Source of the DNA: a virus
Taxonomy: Duplodnaviria > Heunggongvirae > Uroviricota > Caudoviricetes
DNA: 64,000 bases
Virus record (IMG/VR): IMGVR_UViG_3300035497_000275
Span: 1 to 64,000 of that record
Reading direction: 5' to 3' (one strand)
The translations under genes and the position numbers were made by a program. Positions 10,320-18,834 of the stretch are shown in pieces. The notes beneath the pieces are model-generated. The model saw only the letters and a program-made list of their open reading frames with translations. It searched no databases and was not told the DNA's origin. Every line of letters starts with the position of its first letter. The stretch's first letter is position 1.

Positions 10320-10741
10320 CGATTTTTCATTTCTTCTGGTGAAACATAATAATCACGTTTTCTACTTCCAGTCCACGCAATTCCACCAGCTTCGCCATCA
10401 AATGTAAAATTACTTGCTTTTAATGAACTTCCATTTTCAGAAGCCAATGTATAAGTGATTACTCTTTGATACCCCATATCTTTAGCAATACCCAAACAGG
10501 CTCCATATAATTTAGAACAAGCATTTCTTGTTCCATCAACACAATTACGATAAATTTCTAATGTTAATCCATCATCTAAATATCTTGCCGTTGGTCTGCC
10601 GCATATTGCAACTCCACATAATCTGTCATCATCATAACAAGATATTGCAAACTTTCCTCCAACTGGCGGAATATTATGACGGTGATATTGTTTTACATAT
10701 TCTTTTGCTGGAGTAAGATGTATTGGTCTAATTTTTAACAT
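10298..10741 (-). CDS. hypothetical protein
   Basis: 147 aa ORF inside the methyltransferase island; no recognisable motif. Confidence 0.4.
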   Translation of the reverse strand: MLKIRPIHLTPAKEYVKQYHRHNIPPVGGKFAISCYDDDRLCGVAICGRPTARYLDDGLTLEIYRNCVDGTRNACSKLYGACLGIAKDMGYQRVITYTLASENGSSLKASNFTFDGEAGGIAWTGSRKRDYYVSPEEMKNRWSYLIT

Positions 10742-10764
10742 CTTTCAACACTCACTTATTCGCA

Positions 10765-11262
10765 TCACCTTTCTTGCACTCTAAAAATTACTGGAATCAT
10801 TACCGTAGTACGTTCCTGCATCCACGGTTTTGACGGTTCAGAAAATCTATTACTATGTTCATTGACTACGATAATATCTCCTATCGTATAGAAGAAATCG
10901 CAGTTTGATAAATCTTGCGGCAACTCAACTGATTTATCACAAGTTTCTAAATTAATGATTTTATTTAGACACTCTTGTACAGTTTCGAGTACAAATAACA
11001 GAGTTCCATCATGCCGTGATGTTTTTGTTGTAAAATATCTGAAATCAGCATTAGGATCATAGGTAATTGTTGAAGTCATTTCACTTGGTTTATCGCCAAC
11101 CGAATATGTACACTTGATTTGATTGTTCTTATCAAAAGTAATTAAACCAGTTGGAGATAAGACTGTTACATTTTCAAAAGATATATCAAAGCCATCTGCG
11201 CCAAATTCTTGAATTCTCTTTTTAATGAAATCCAAACTCTTATTCATACAATCACCTTTCAA
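10765..11262 (-). CDS. hypothetical protein
   Basis: 165 aa ORF; overlaps the upstream methyltransferase gene by 11 nt. Confidence 0.4.
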   Translation of the reverse strand: MKGDCMNKSLDFIKKRIQEFGADGFDISFENVTVLSPTGLITFDKNNQIKCTYSVGDKPSEMTSTITYDPNADFRYFTTKTSRHDGTLLFVLETVQECLNKIINLETCDKSVELPQDLSNCDFFYTIGDIIVVNEHSNRFSEPSKPWMQERTTVMIPVIFRVQER

Positions 11263-11881
11263 AATCGTCTATACGCTGACACGCTGTTTGATAATATTGA
11301 CCATCCAGTTCATATCCGATAAATCTTCGTCCTGTATGTAAAGCAGCCAATGCCGTTGAACCAGCACCGATAAAACCATCAAATACAATGTCATTTGGCC
11401 TACTGTTATTCCGAATAAACAGTTCGAGAAGTTCTGTCGGCTTTTCTGTTGGATGAACCAATTTCGCAGAAGATACCTTTGCACAGTCAATCACGTCTGC
11501 TATGCGCTTTTCTTGAAATAGTGAACGTCCTTTATGACCGAACAACACCATTTCATATTTTGGTGCATATGCACCTTTTAAGTCACCGCTGCCATGATTG
11601 TTCTTATTCCAAATCAGGATATTCTTCAGCGTAAAGTATTTCTCAAATTCCGTCTTGAAAAATTCAATATGATGCCAACTGCAAAACATATAAATTGCAG
11701 AATCGTTTTTCAAAATACGATGATATTGATATAACGACTTGGAAATTAACTGGTTTGCGTCTTTATCGTTTTGAATCCTATCAAACTTTTCTTTTACGAC
11801 ACGTCTATTACTTCTGTAATTAATCAAATAAGGAGGATCAGTTACAATCAAATCAACTGATTCATCAGGCATTTTCTCCAT
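11252..11881 (-). CDS. DNA methyltransferase, beta-class (N6-adenine or N4-cytosine; DPPY then FxGxG)
   Basis: 209 aa. DLIVTDPPY near the N-terminus, HPTEKP, C-terminal FDGFIGAGST (motif I). Confidence 0.8.
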   Translation of the reverse strand: MEKMPDESVDLIVTDPPYLINYRSNRRVVKEKFDRIQNDKDANQLISKSLYQYHRILKNDSAIYMFCSWHHIEFFKTEFEKYFTLKNILIWNKNNHGSGDLKGAYAPKYEMVLFGHKGRSLFQEKRIADVIDCAKVSSAKLVHPTEKPTELLELFIRNNSRPNDIVFDGFIGAGSTALAALHTGRRFIGYELDGQYYQTACQRIDDFER

Positions 11882-11994
11882 CCCACAAATGCAATCACTG
11901 TTGAAAATTACATTTGTTCGTAGTAAACTACTTTCAAGTGGTTCTCCTTGCCCCCCCCCAAGTTCTCGACTGCATCATGTTTCCCTCCATATTA

Positions 11995-12096
11995 TTACAC
12001 CGGGACTGGATAAGGAGAACAACATGAAAGCATAATTGACAACATCAACGCATATGTAATCAGAAAAATAATATGTTTTGATACTTTTACAGTCAT
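11995..12096 (-). CDS. putative 33-aa hydrophobic peptide (MTVKVSKHIIFLITYALMLSIMLSCCSPYPVPV)
   Basis: AAGGAGGT RBS 5 nt upstream of ATG at 12096. Below the ORF-track size cutoff. Confidence 0.25.
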   Translation of the reverse strand: MTVKVSKHIIFLITYALMLSIMLSCCSPYPVPV

Positions 12097-12118
12097 GATT
12101 ACCTCCTTGTTTTTGTGG

Positions 12119-12847
12119 TTATGTATCTAAAATATATAATTGCTCCGTGATATTTAACCGGGAAGCATTATCCAATGTTCTTTTGACTGGCTGTGACCAG
12201 ATCGACTTCCATTGTACTGGTGCGGCTTGTTCCGAAACCAAAACAATATTCTTAGCAGACATTTCTTCTGCCCAATTCCAGAATTGTTCATGGTCAAATT
12301 CTTGTTGATACCCTGTTGTATTCGCATATGGAATATCACAGTAAATTACACCATGTTCATACTTTGACTGATCAAGCTGCTGATAGTCAAACTCGGCAAA
12401 TTCTACTCCTTGTAATGATGGAATCTGATTTAACAAATTTCGCTTTGCTTCATCATAATAGTTCCGAATTGTGCCGATTTTTGTTTTGACTGTCCCGGCT
12501 CTTCCGCCAAAGAACTTCCCATTATACGATGCAAGAAATCCTACCGCACCGATATACCAATCTGGAAATTGATGATCACCAGTTTGGTAGGATTTTCTGA
12601 CTGCATCATACTCGTCTTTCGTAATTTCATCTGGCAAAGTAGTAATTAAATCCATATTCTTGAATAGTTCAATGAGATAATGGTTGATATCATATCCCAT
12701 TTTCCTATTGCAAGAAATCTTATCAATTACGTTTGCCCCCCCCACGAAAGGCTCAAGGTAAAAATCGGCATCAAAATCGCTGATATAAGTCTGTATAATT
12801 GGAACGATAAACTTAGCAATGCGGGATTTTGAGCCAACGTACTTCAT
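12119..12847 (-). CDS. DNA adenine methyltransferase, Dam (D12 class, alpha)
   Basis: 242 aa. KYVGSKSRIAKFIVPII...EPFVGGANV (motifs X/I) and later CDIPY (DPPY variant), the Dam order. Confidence 0.85.
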   Translation of the reverse strand: MKYVGSKSRIAKFIVPIIQTYISDFDADFYLEPFVGGANVIDKISCNRKMGYDINHYLIELFKNMDLITTLPDEITKDEYDAVRKSYQTGDHQFPDWYIGAVGFLASYNGKFFGGRAGTVKTKIGTIRNYYDEAKRNLLNQIPSLQGVEFAEFDYQQLDQSKYEHGVIYCDIPYANTTGYQQEFDHEQFWNWAEEMSAKNIVLVSEQAAPVQWKSIWSQPVKRTLDNASRLNITEQLYILDT

Positions 12848-12864
12848 ATCAGTTCACCAGACAG

Positions 12865-13764
12865 TTAATTGGTAGAACCAATGTCAATGATAGAAGTTGA
12901 ACCAGTTACAGTAGGCAGTTCACCATTCCACTGTTCATACTTGATCTTTTCAATCAGTTCAGGTGTCAGAGAAGCCGCAATCTTCTTATTTGCATCAGCT
13001 TCGGCCTCTGCCGCAATACGGGTTGCTTCAGCCTTTGCATTGGCATCAATAATCGCCTGTTCCGCATTGATCTCAGCAACTTCTTTATCCTTCTCAGCCT
13101 GAATCTTGGCAGTCTGAGCCTCAATATTCGCCAACTCCAACTCCTGCTGCGCTGTGACCTTTTTCTGAATTGCCGCTGCGGTTTCATCATCAACGGAAAT
13201 ATCCGTAAAGTTTACAGTATCAATGATAATTCCATACTTGTCGAACTTCTCACGAAGGTAAGTGTCCAGTTCTGCATTGATCTCTGTCCGCTTATCACCG
13301 AAAATATCAGTTACAGGATAATTTGCGGAAACCTCCTGCGTCCATGCAATGATCTTAGGCTTAATAAACGAAGTCTTAATATCCTCACCAGATTTGCCCT
13401 TGAATGTGGTAAAGGTTTCTGCGACACGCTCACTGTCAAACCGATAAGAAAATTCCAGATTCACACGAACAGTCTTACCATCGGACGTAGGAATGCTGAA
13501 ACTCTCATCATCAGGGGAATCGCCCTTATTCTCAGACGAAAGATAAGACTGCTCAATACCGATGGAATATGTCGTTACCTTCTTCGTGGGAGAAACAACG
13601 TGCCAGCCCTGTGTCAGCACCTCACCATCGACACCGCCGTTCATATTGTAGACAACGCCGACATAACCAGTAGGAATCCGCTCAGTACAGGCCAGACCAA
13701 GGAATACGCCACCAAAGATCACAATAGCGAGGACTACTGCACCAATAAAACCATTCTTCTTCAA
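12865..13764 (-). CDS. SPFH/band-7 (prohibitin/HflK-like) membrane protein
   Basis: 299 aa. N-terminal TM helix, SPFH-like core, C-terminal Ala/Glu-rich coiled coil. Confidence 0.7.
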   Translation of the reverse strand: MKKNGFIGAVVLAIVIFGGVFLGLACTERIPTGYVGVVYNMNGGVDGEVLTQGWHVVSPTKKVTTYSIGIEQSYLSSENKGDSPDDESFSIPTSDGKTVRVNLEFSYRFDSERVAETFTTFKGKSGEDIKTSFIKPKIIAWTQEVSANYPVTDIFGDKRTEINAELDTYLREKFDKYGIIIDTVNFTDISVDDETAAAIQKKVTAQQELELANIEAQTAKIQAEKDKEVAEINAEQAIIDANAKAEATRIAAEAEADANKKIAASLTPELIEKIKYEQWNGELPTVTGSTSIIDIGSTN

Positions 13765-13931
13765 TTTTCTTTACCATCCTTTTCATTTTCATTAATTTCG
13801 TCTTTCGACATAGAATCCTTTGCATCTTTAAAAATTCGATTCACTAACTTTCCAATCGGAATGTAGCAGAACGAAAGTAAAATACACAAAAGAAACGCAC
13901 CAATAAAGAGTAAAAGTATAAATACAGGCAA
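13761..13931 (-). CDS. putative 56-aa membrane peptide
   Basis: TTG start with GGAGG RBS. Hydrophobic N-terminus PVFILLLFIGAFLLCILLSF. Stop overlaps the SPFH start (TTGA). Confidence 0.3.
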   Translation of the reverse strand: MPVFILLLFIGAFLLCILLSFCYIPIGKLVNRIFKDAKDSMSKDEINENEKDGKEN

Positions 13932-13948
13932 GGTTTAACCTCCGTTCT

Positions 13949-14440
13949 TTATCTTAATTTGATCCAATATCCTATATCCGACATTTCTTTAACCGCAGCA
14001 TCATAGTCGTTGTCGGTAAATACGACTAATTCACTTGGGAAAGGCGCAGGATCGTCTTGGTCATTGAAACGCAATCGTCCTTTTACGAAACAAACGTATT
14101 TTGCATTTGGAAAAACATAATTGTGCTGTGCTTTTACATCTGTTCTTGCTGGAATCAACATCACAGAAGTAATGTGATTTAACTGGCTTTCAATACAACA
14201 CTTTTCAATCCAATCCTCTTGTCCCGGATGTGCCTTCGTCTTACGTTCATAAGGCGGATTACAAAAAACTGTTTGCCCCCCCCAAGTTTGTGCCAGTCCA
14301 TCTTGTTCGATGGTATAGTAGGCATCACACTTATGGTTCGTATCATCTGCACATGGATCAAGTGTGAAATGAAAGACAGAATTCAAGCGATCAAATAACC
14401 ATTGCGGCGTTCCCCAATTATTGTTTCCAGTGCTTAACAA
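13949..14440 (-). CDS. DNA N6-adenine methyltransferase, small phage Dam-like (NPPY) family
   Basis: 163 aa. WGTPQWLFD...TWGGQTVFCNPPY (motif IV NPPY). Confidence 0.7.
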   Translation of the reverse strand: MLSTGNNNWGTPQWLFDRLNSVFHFTLDPCADDTNHKCDAYYTIEQDGLAQTWGGQTVFCNPPYERKTKAHPGQEDWIEKCCIESQLNHITSVMLIPARTDVKAQHNYVFPNAKYVCFVKGRLRFNDQDDPAPFPSELVVFTDNDYDAAVKEMSDIGYWIKLR

Positions 14441-14470
14441 TACTGAATTAATGATTATCCCTCTTTTCTA

Positions 14471-14487
14471 CTTGCATTTATGGTTAT
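14471..14487 (-). promoter_or_regulatory. conserved 17-bp motif ATAACCATAAATGCAAG (copy 1)
   Basis: Exact match to the motif also found at 27628, 45318, 50171 and 54263; about 30 nt upstream of the 14440 start. Confidence 0.4.
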
Positions 14488-16667
14488 GTAGTTAAAAAAG
14501 AATTATAGAACATATCCCGAAGCTGGATGATATGTGTTGGATGATCTTCTTGGGCGGAAAGATTCATCACGAATCCATAGAACTGATTTTCAAGAGGTGT
14601 CTGCAACGAACCCATATACTTGAAATGTCCTTGGCGGAAAATTGTATGAGCCATTGACCGCATCTTCTTCCAGAGTTTATAATAAGACAGTTTGAACTTC
14701 ACCATGAATCCAACGCTATCCTCTACCACAAAACCCTCAATCACATGACCATCATACAAATAATCGTCAGTCATGATCTCATCATACCAATTGTAGAAAT
14801 CATGCCAATTCTGAATCTGAATCGCTCGTTTCTTTACCTCGAAGCCAAAATCCTTTCCAAGTTGGACAAGCTGCGAATACGAATACTTTTCAAATTCGAT
14901 CTCATTTTTCACTACATCCAGCAGGAACAAATGTGACTTATCATATTTGATAATATGAGGATCATGCTCCATATCTACACATTCAAACACGAATGTCACA
15001 TTCTTCTGCTTCATGTACTCTTTCAGCACATCCGCATTTTTGACGTTGGCATAGAACATATCATGCAACCAGTCAGAAAATTCTCCAGTAGGATCGGACT
15101 TGCTCGTGATAAAGAAATCATCCAGTTCGGCATCATAAGATACCATTCCAAGAAATCCATTCTCTTTCACATAAGCCGTGACAGGGAACCTGAATTTATG
15201 CTGGAGCATATCAAATCTTGTTTCTGGACGCTCGTTGACATTAAAGAATTTCGGATAGGCTCTTGCAACAACATTGCCAGTTACCGTATTGATAAACAAT
15301 CCTCTGGCCTTTGTTGTCTGCTCATTCCATTTCTTATCATAGAAGGCATTGCGAGTGAAATTGAAAGACGAAATATTTCCGAACTTCTTTTCGTTAATGT
15401 ACTTATTGCGCCGCATCTGGTCAACCAAATCCATTACCGTGGATTCTTTTTCAGTATACTTTTCAGGAATTTCTTCGTCCTGCTGCCTGAATACCGTATT
15501 CCGAATACTGATCGGATGGAAACCATCTGCATCCAGCGTTACAACTCGCAAATCCTTTCCGAATTCCACGCTGCCTTCCAAATCAAAACAACGGTCTGAA
15601 ACTTGAATCGGCAAATCCTGTGTATTTCGATGACCAAACACCTGATATACATTCTCAGGCATCAGTGTATCAAAACAATGAACAACATCTACATACTCAC
15701 TATATTTACCGACACCACGAATCATCTGGTCTGACGCAACCATTGTCAGATTATCAGGAATCATGCTCAAACCAGCGTGTGTGACAAGAACTGTCTTACC
15801 TCCATATGTATAATAGGCGCATTGACTCAGTTTTCGATACAACATTCTGGCAATCTTTGTATCCAGTCCGCTCATTTCAAGCTGCCTTCTTGTTACACGC
15901 TCAAATTCCGGGGACTTCGACACACCACCATGCGCCCAATACCAAAGCCAGCGTTCATGATTTCCTTCCAGCAGGATCACATTCGGACGATCCATAATAC
16001 TGTACAGGAAATTGATGACTTCAACATTTTCAATTCCACGGTCAATATAATCGCCGCAGAAAATGTACAGTTCATCATCCTGAATCCCATCATTCAAATA
16101 CTCCTGAAGGACGGTATTACAACCGTGGATATCACCAATATGATGGATTTTCTTAAAGTTGGAGAAATCCATTGGACGATACCAAATCTTGTCCAACTCG
16201 TCAGGCTGAATCACCGTCACACCCGCTGGAATCTTCTGCATAGCAAACCGGGAATACATATTATCAATGACTTCCTCTGGAACTTGCTTGTAGTATGGTC
16301 TGTTTTTATTTCTCCGTTTACATTCCTCAATAGGAACTGTGGTGAAATCAACGCAGTACATTCGATATCGGTAAGTTTTTGCCATATCCTTATAACGGTT
16401 GATCTCTGCCGTTTTAGAATTTGTAGCATCCACCACCACGAATTCTCCACGCTGCATTCTGGCTTCGAGCATCTGGAACAGTAATTGCCAAACTGTTTTA
16501 TCGTTACCCTGACTGATCCCCATTGAGCCATCCACTTGCATCACCGGGGACTGACACATCAGACGAATATTATCAGCGGAAAGCGTAAACTGTTCCAAAC
16601 CATGCTCTTTGATGTAGGTGGACTTTCCTACGCCAGCCGCACCACGCATCAATAACAATACTCGCAT
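14484..16667 (-). CDS. Pnkp-like RNA repair enzyme: polynucleotide kinase + calcineurin-type phosphatase + ligase-like adenylyltransferase
   Basis: 727 aa. N-terminal P-loop LLLMRGAAGVGKSTY. Central metallophosphatase motifs IGDIHGC, GDYIDRG, GNHE. C-terminal YVKENGFLG resembles nucleotidyltransferase motif I (KxDG/KEDGSL of RNA ligases). Same domain order as bacterial Pnkp. Confidence 0.75.
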   Translation of the reverse strand: MRVLLLMRGAAGVGKSTYIKEHGLEQFTLSADNIRLMCQSPVMQVDGSMGISQGNDKTVWQLLFQMLEARMQRGEFVVVDATNSKTAEINRYKDMAKTYRYRMYCVDFTTVPIEECKRRNKNRPYYKQVPEEVIDNMYSRFAMQKIPAGVTVIQPDELDKIWYRPMDFSNFKKIHHIGDIHGCNTVLQEYLNDGIQDDELYIFCGDYIDRGIENVEVINFLYSIMDRPNVILLEGNHERWLWYWAHGGVSKSPEFERVTRRQLEMSGLDTKIARMLYRKLSQCAYYTYGGKTVLVTHAGLSMIPDNLTMVASDQMIRGVGKYSEYVDVVHCFDTLMPENVYQVFGHRNTQDLPIQVSDRCFDLEGSVEFGKDLRVVTLDADGFHPISIRNTVFRQQDEEIPEKYTEKESTVMDLVDQMRRNKYINEKKFGNISSFNFTRNAFYDKKWNEQTTKARGLFINTVTGNVVARAYPKFFNVNERPETRFDMLQHKFRFPVTAYVKENGFLGMVSYDAELDDFFITSKSDPTGEFSDWLHDMFYANVKNADVLKEYMKQKNVTFVFECVDMEHDPHIIKYDKSHLFLLDVVKNEIEFEKYSYSQLVQLGKDFGFEVKKRAIQIQNWHDFYNWYDEIMTDDYLYDGHVIEGFVVEDSVGFMVKFKLSYYKLWKKMRSMAHTIFRQGHFKYMGSLQTPLENQFYGFVMNLSAQEDHPTHIIQLRDMFYNSFLTT

Positions 16668-16789
16668 TGAATCTTCCTTTCTTATTTATTTTTGTTATCA
16701 GTTGCTTTGGGTACAACGCCACATTTGCGTTCCAAACTTGCGTTTTGAACGCCTGTGGCGTTTAGATTGGAATAGATAACAGGATTAAC

Positions 16790-17569
16790 TTAGGAACTGA
16801 AAGCCGGGGCGACCCCACGCGAGTTGCGAGAGTAGCTGCTGTTCGCCGACCCGTCCGTATACACACGGCAGAAGTAGGTCGTGTAGGACGAGTTGACAGA
16901 GCGCAGCCAATTCCAATCCTTATCACCGTTGACATTCAACTTGAAATACGGTGTATTCTCCTTGGCATACAACGCATACCAGTGACCTTCACCGGGAGTT
17001 CCATAGAAACTGCGACCATACAACTCCTGTTCAGACTTCAACCACACACTATCAACAGACTTTACAATTTCGCCGTTTTCATTGGCGGTATATTTCCAAA
17101 CAGGCTTAACAATGGTCTGAAGTTCATCCGACATATTATTGAAGAAATCATCGTTCAGCCAGACACGACTATCAGAAGTCCCCCAATAACAGGATTCACC
17201 ATTTTTCTTCATGGGAATCTCGTCTTTGTACAGACCTTTTATATCCCACGAAATCGGAGCCTTACCGCTGCCATCCGCCAAATCATCATGGTCAAAATCC
17301 ATGATCTGATAAACGGCATCAAAGCCATTCTTCATGTGATCTGTCTTAGTTGCTCCAAGTGCAAAGTATGTTCTTGCCAGACCAGCCTTTCCGATACGGT
17401 CAATCTCTTCCCAAGAAATCTTATCCAGATCGACCAACGGCAAATTCAGAGGAAACAAAAAATCAGAATTGCTTGCGCCGTCCAGTTTCACAGTTACAAC
17501 ATTTTCGCTTTTGACGATATGCAAACTCGGATAACGGTTCAAAACATTCTGATCAATGCGGATATCCAT
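16790..17569 (-). CDS. hypothetical protein
   Basis: 259 aa ORF; no recognisable motif. The 3' end of the gene (16790-16920) is noticeably GC-richer than its surroundings. Confidence 0.45.
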   Translation of the reverse strand: MDIRIDQNVLNRYPSLHIVKSENVVTVKLDGASNSDFLFPLNLPLVDLDKISWEEIDRIGKAGLARTYFALGATKTDHMKNGFDAVYQIMDFDHDDLADGSGKAPISWDIKGLYKDEIPMKKNGESCYWGTSDSRVWLNDDFFNNMSDELQTIVKPVWKYTANENGEIVKSVDSVWLKSEQELYGRSFYGTPGEGHWYALYAKENTPYFKLNVNGDKDWNWLRSVNSSYTTYFCRVYTDGSANSSYSRNSRGVAPAFSS

Positions 17570-18017
17570 AATCTTCTCTCCTTCTTATGTATTGTACTAA
17601 GCATATATAATTGGTCATTGCTACATAACAGCCTTGCGGTTTCACGAAAGGGCAAGCATAACGTCCCAAACCGTATCCCAAGGATTTTTGACTACCTTTT
17701 AGCTTTATTGCCTAAAATTTAAACTTTGATCCAAAATAAACTTTGAATGTTGAAGTTTGAATTTTTAGCGTTGAGCCTTGAACTTTACAGTAGCAAACAT
17801 TTGATTTCTATGGAATGCCATTCATCAATAAGGCATCCAGCTTGAATCAAATAGATTTTATAATAAAATACAAACCAATATGTATTATCATAAAATTACT
17901 TCTGTAATTTTCTTTTTTTAAAGGCATGAAGTTTTTATCAATTTCCACCTCAGAACTTCATAAAACTCAGGCGTGTTATGGTTTATCGTTTTCGTTATGC
18001 AGCAATGCCAATTAGAC

Positions 18018-18656
18018 TTAGTAACTAATTGTAATGGTTGTCAATGCGTTGGAAACGCTAAGTGCGGAATCCACTTCGGGCATGAAACTGTTGATCATTT
18101 CCTCCAGTTCGGCAATCTTCTTCTCGATGCCAAGCGGATCAATGATATCCACTGTGTTGGAAGTAATGTAGGTCTTAACAGCTTTATCATACTCATCAGA
18201 GTTGACTTTGGTATCCTTATTGCCCATCAAATTGGTAACAAAGGCTTCCGCCTTCTGCTGGAGCGAAGCATTCTTGGTTTCCATTTCCTTCTTAGCGTCC
18301 GCAAGTTCGGAGGCCAACAGGTTATGTAACTGAATGTAATACTCCATGCCGTGGTTCTTCTTGTCGATTGCCTGAACCACCGTGTACTCCTTGCCGCCAA
18401 TCGTTACGACAGTATTGGCATTGGACACGTTGACGGCATCCTTCAGGGCGTTTCTCCGTCTAATCAGGTCACAGACCTTCGTGAACTGGTTCTTGACGTG
18501 TTCGTTGAACTGATCAGGCGTGTAACCAAGTACCTTATCCTGATTATTCTTTTTCGTACCTACATAGGTACTAAGCATTGCGTCCTGAATTCTCTTGTCC
18601 AGCACCTTCAGTTCCGCAAGGGCTTTGTGGACGGTCATAGTCTCAGTTGTTGCCAT
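18018..18656 (-). CDS. hypothetical protein
   Basis: 212 aa ORF with AAAGGATGA RBS. Confidence 0.45.
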   Translation of the reverse strand: MATTETMTVHKALAELKVLDKRIQDAMLSTYVGTKKNNQDKVLGYTPDQFNEHVKNQFTKVCDLIRRRNALKDAVNVSNANTVVTIGGKEYTVVQAIDKKNHGMEYYIQLHNLLASELADAKKEMETKNASLQQKAEAFVTNLMGNKDTKVNSDEYDKAVKTYITSNTVDIIDPLGIEKKIAELEEMINSFMPEVDSALSVSNALTTITISY

Positions 18657-18696
18657 AATTCATTCATCCTTTCACATTTAAACTTTGAAATATAAT

Positions 18697-18765
18697 ACAC
18701 AAGATACGGAATCGAACCGCAATCTCCGTGTTCATCACGGTATTCTTCCATTGAACTATCTCGTG
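18697..18765 (-). ncRNA. tRNA-like element or degenerate tRNA (5-nt anticodon loop)
   Basis: Acceptor stem CACGAGA/TCTTGTG, D-arm GTTC-AATGGAA-GAAT with G18G19, T-arm TGCGG-TTCGATT-CCGTA. The anticodon arm is CCGTG-ATGAA-CACGG, so the loop is only 5 nt, or 7 nt without U33. 69 nt. Confidence 0.4.
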
Positions 18766-18834
18766 ATATTATTGCATTTATCGTTATTTATGTAAGTTTT
18801 AAGAGGCATAATACCCCTTAAAACCTCAAGCAAA

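Noticed and set aside
14745-16484. Long plus-strand ORFs (14955..15599, 15777..16484 and others) inside the Pnkp-like gene region
   Set aside because: They are antisense to a 727-aa ORF with clear kinase, phosphatase and ligase motifs. They lack RBSs and recognisable motifs. Treated as chance ORFs.
17935-17975. ATGAAGTT..AACTTCAT hairpin as a terminator for gene 18018..18656
   Set aside because: It is followed by an A-run, not a U-run, on the transcribed minus strand. The T-run precedes it on the plus strand. Orientation does not fit a canonical intrinsic terminator.
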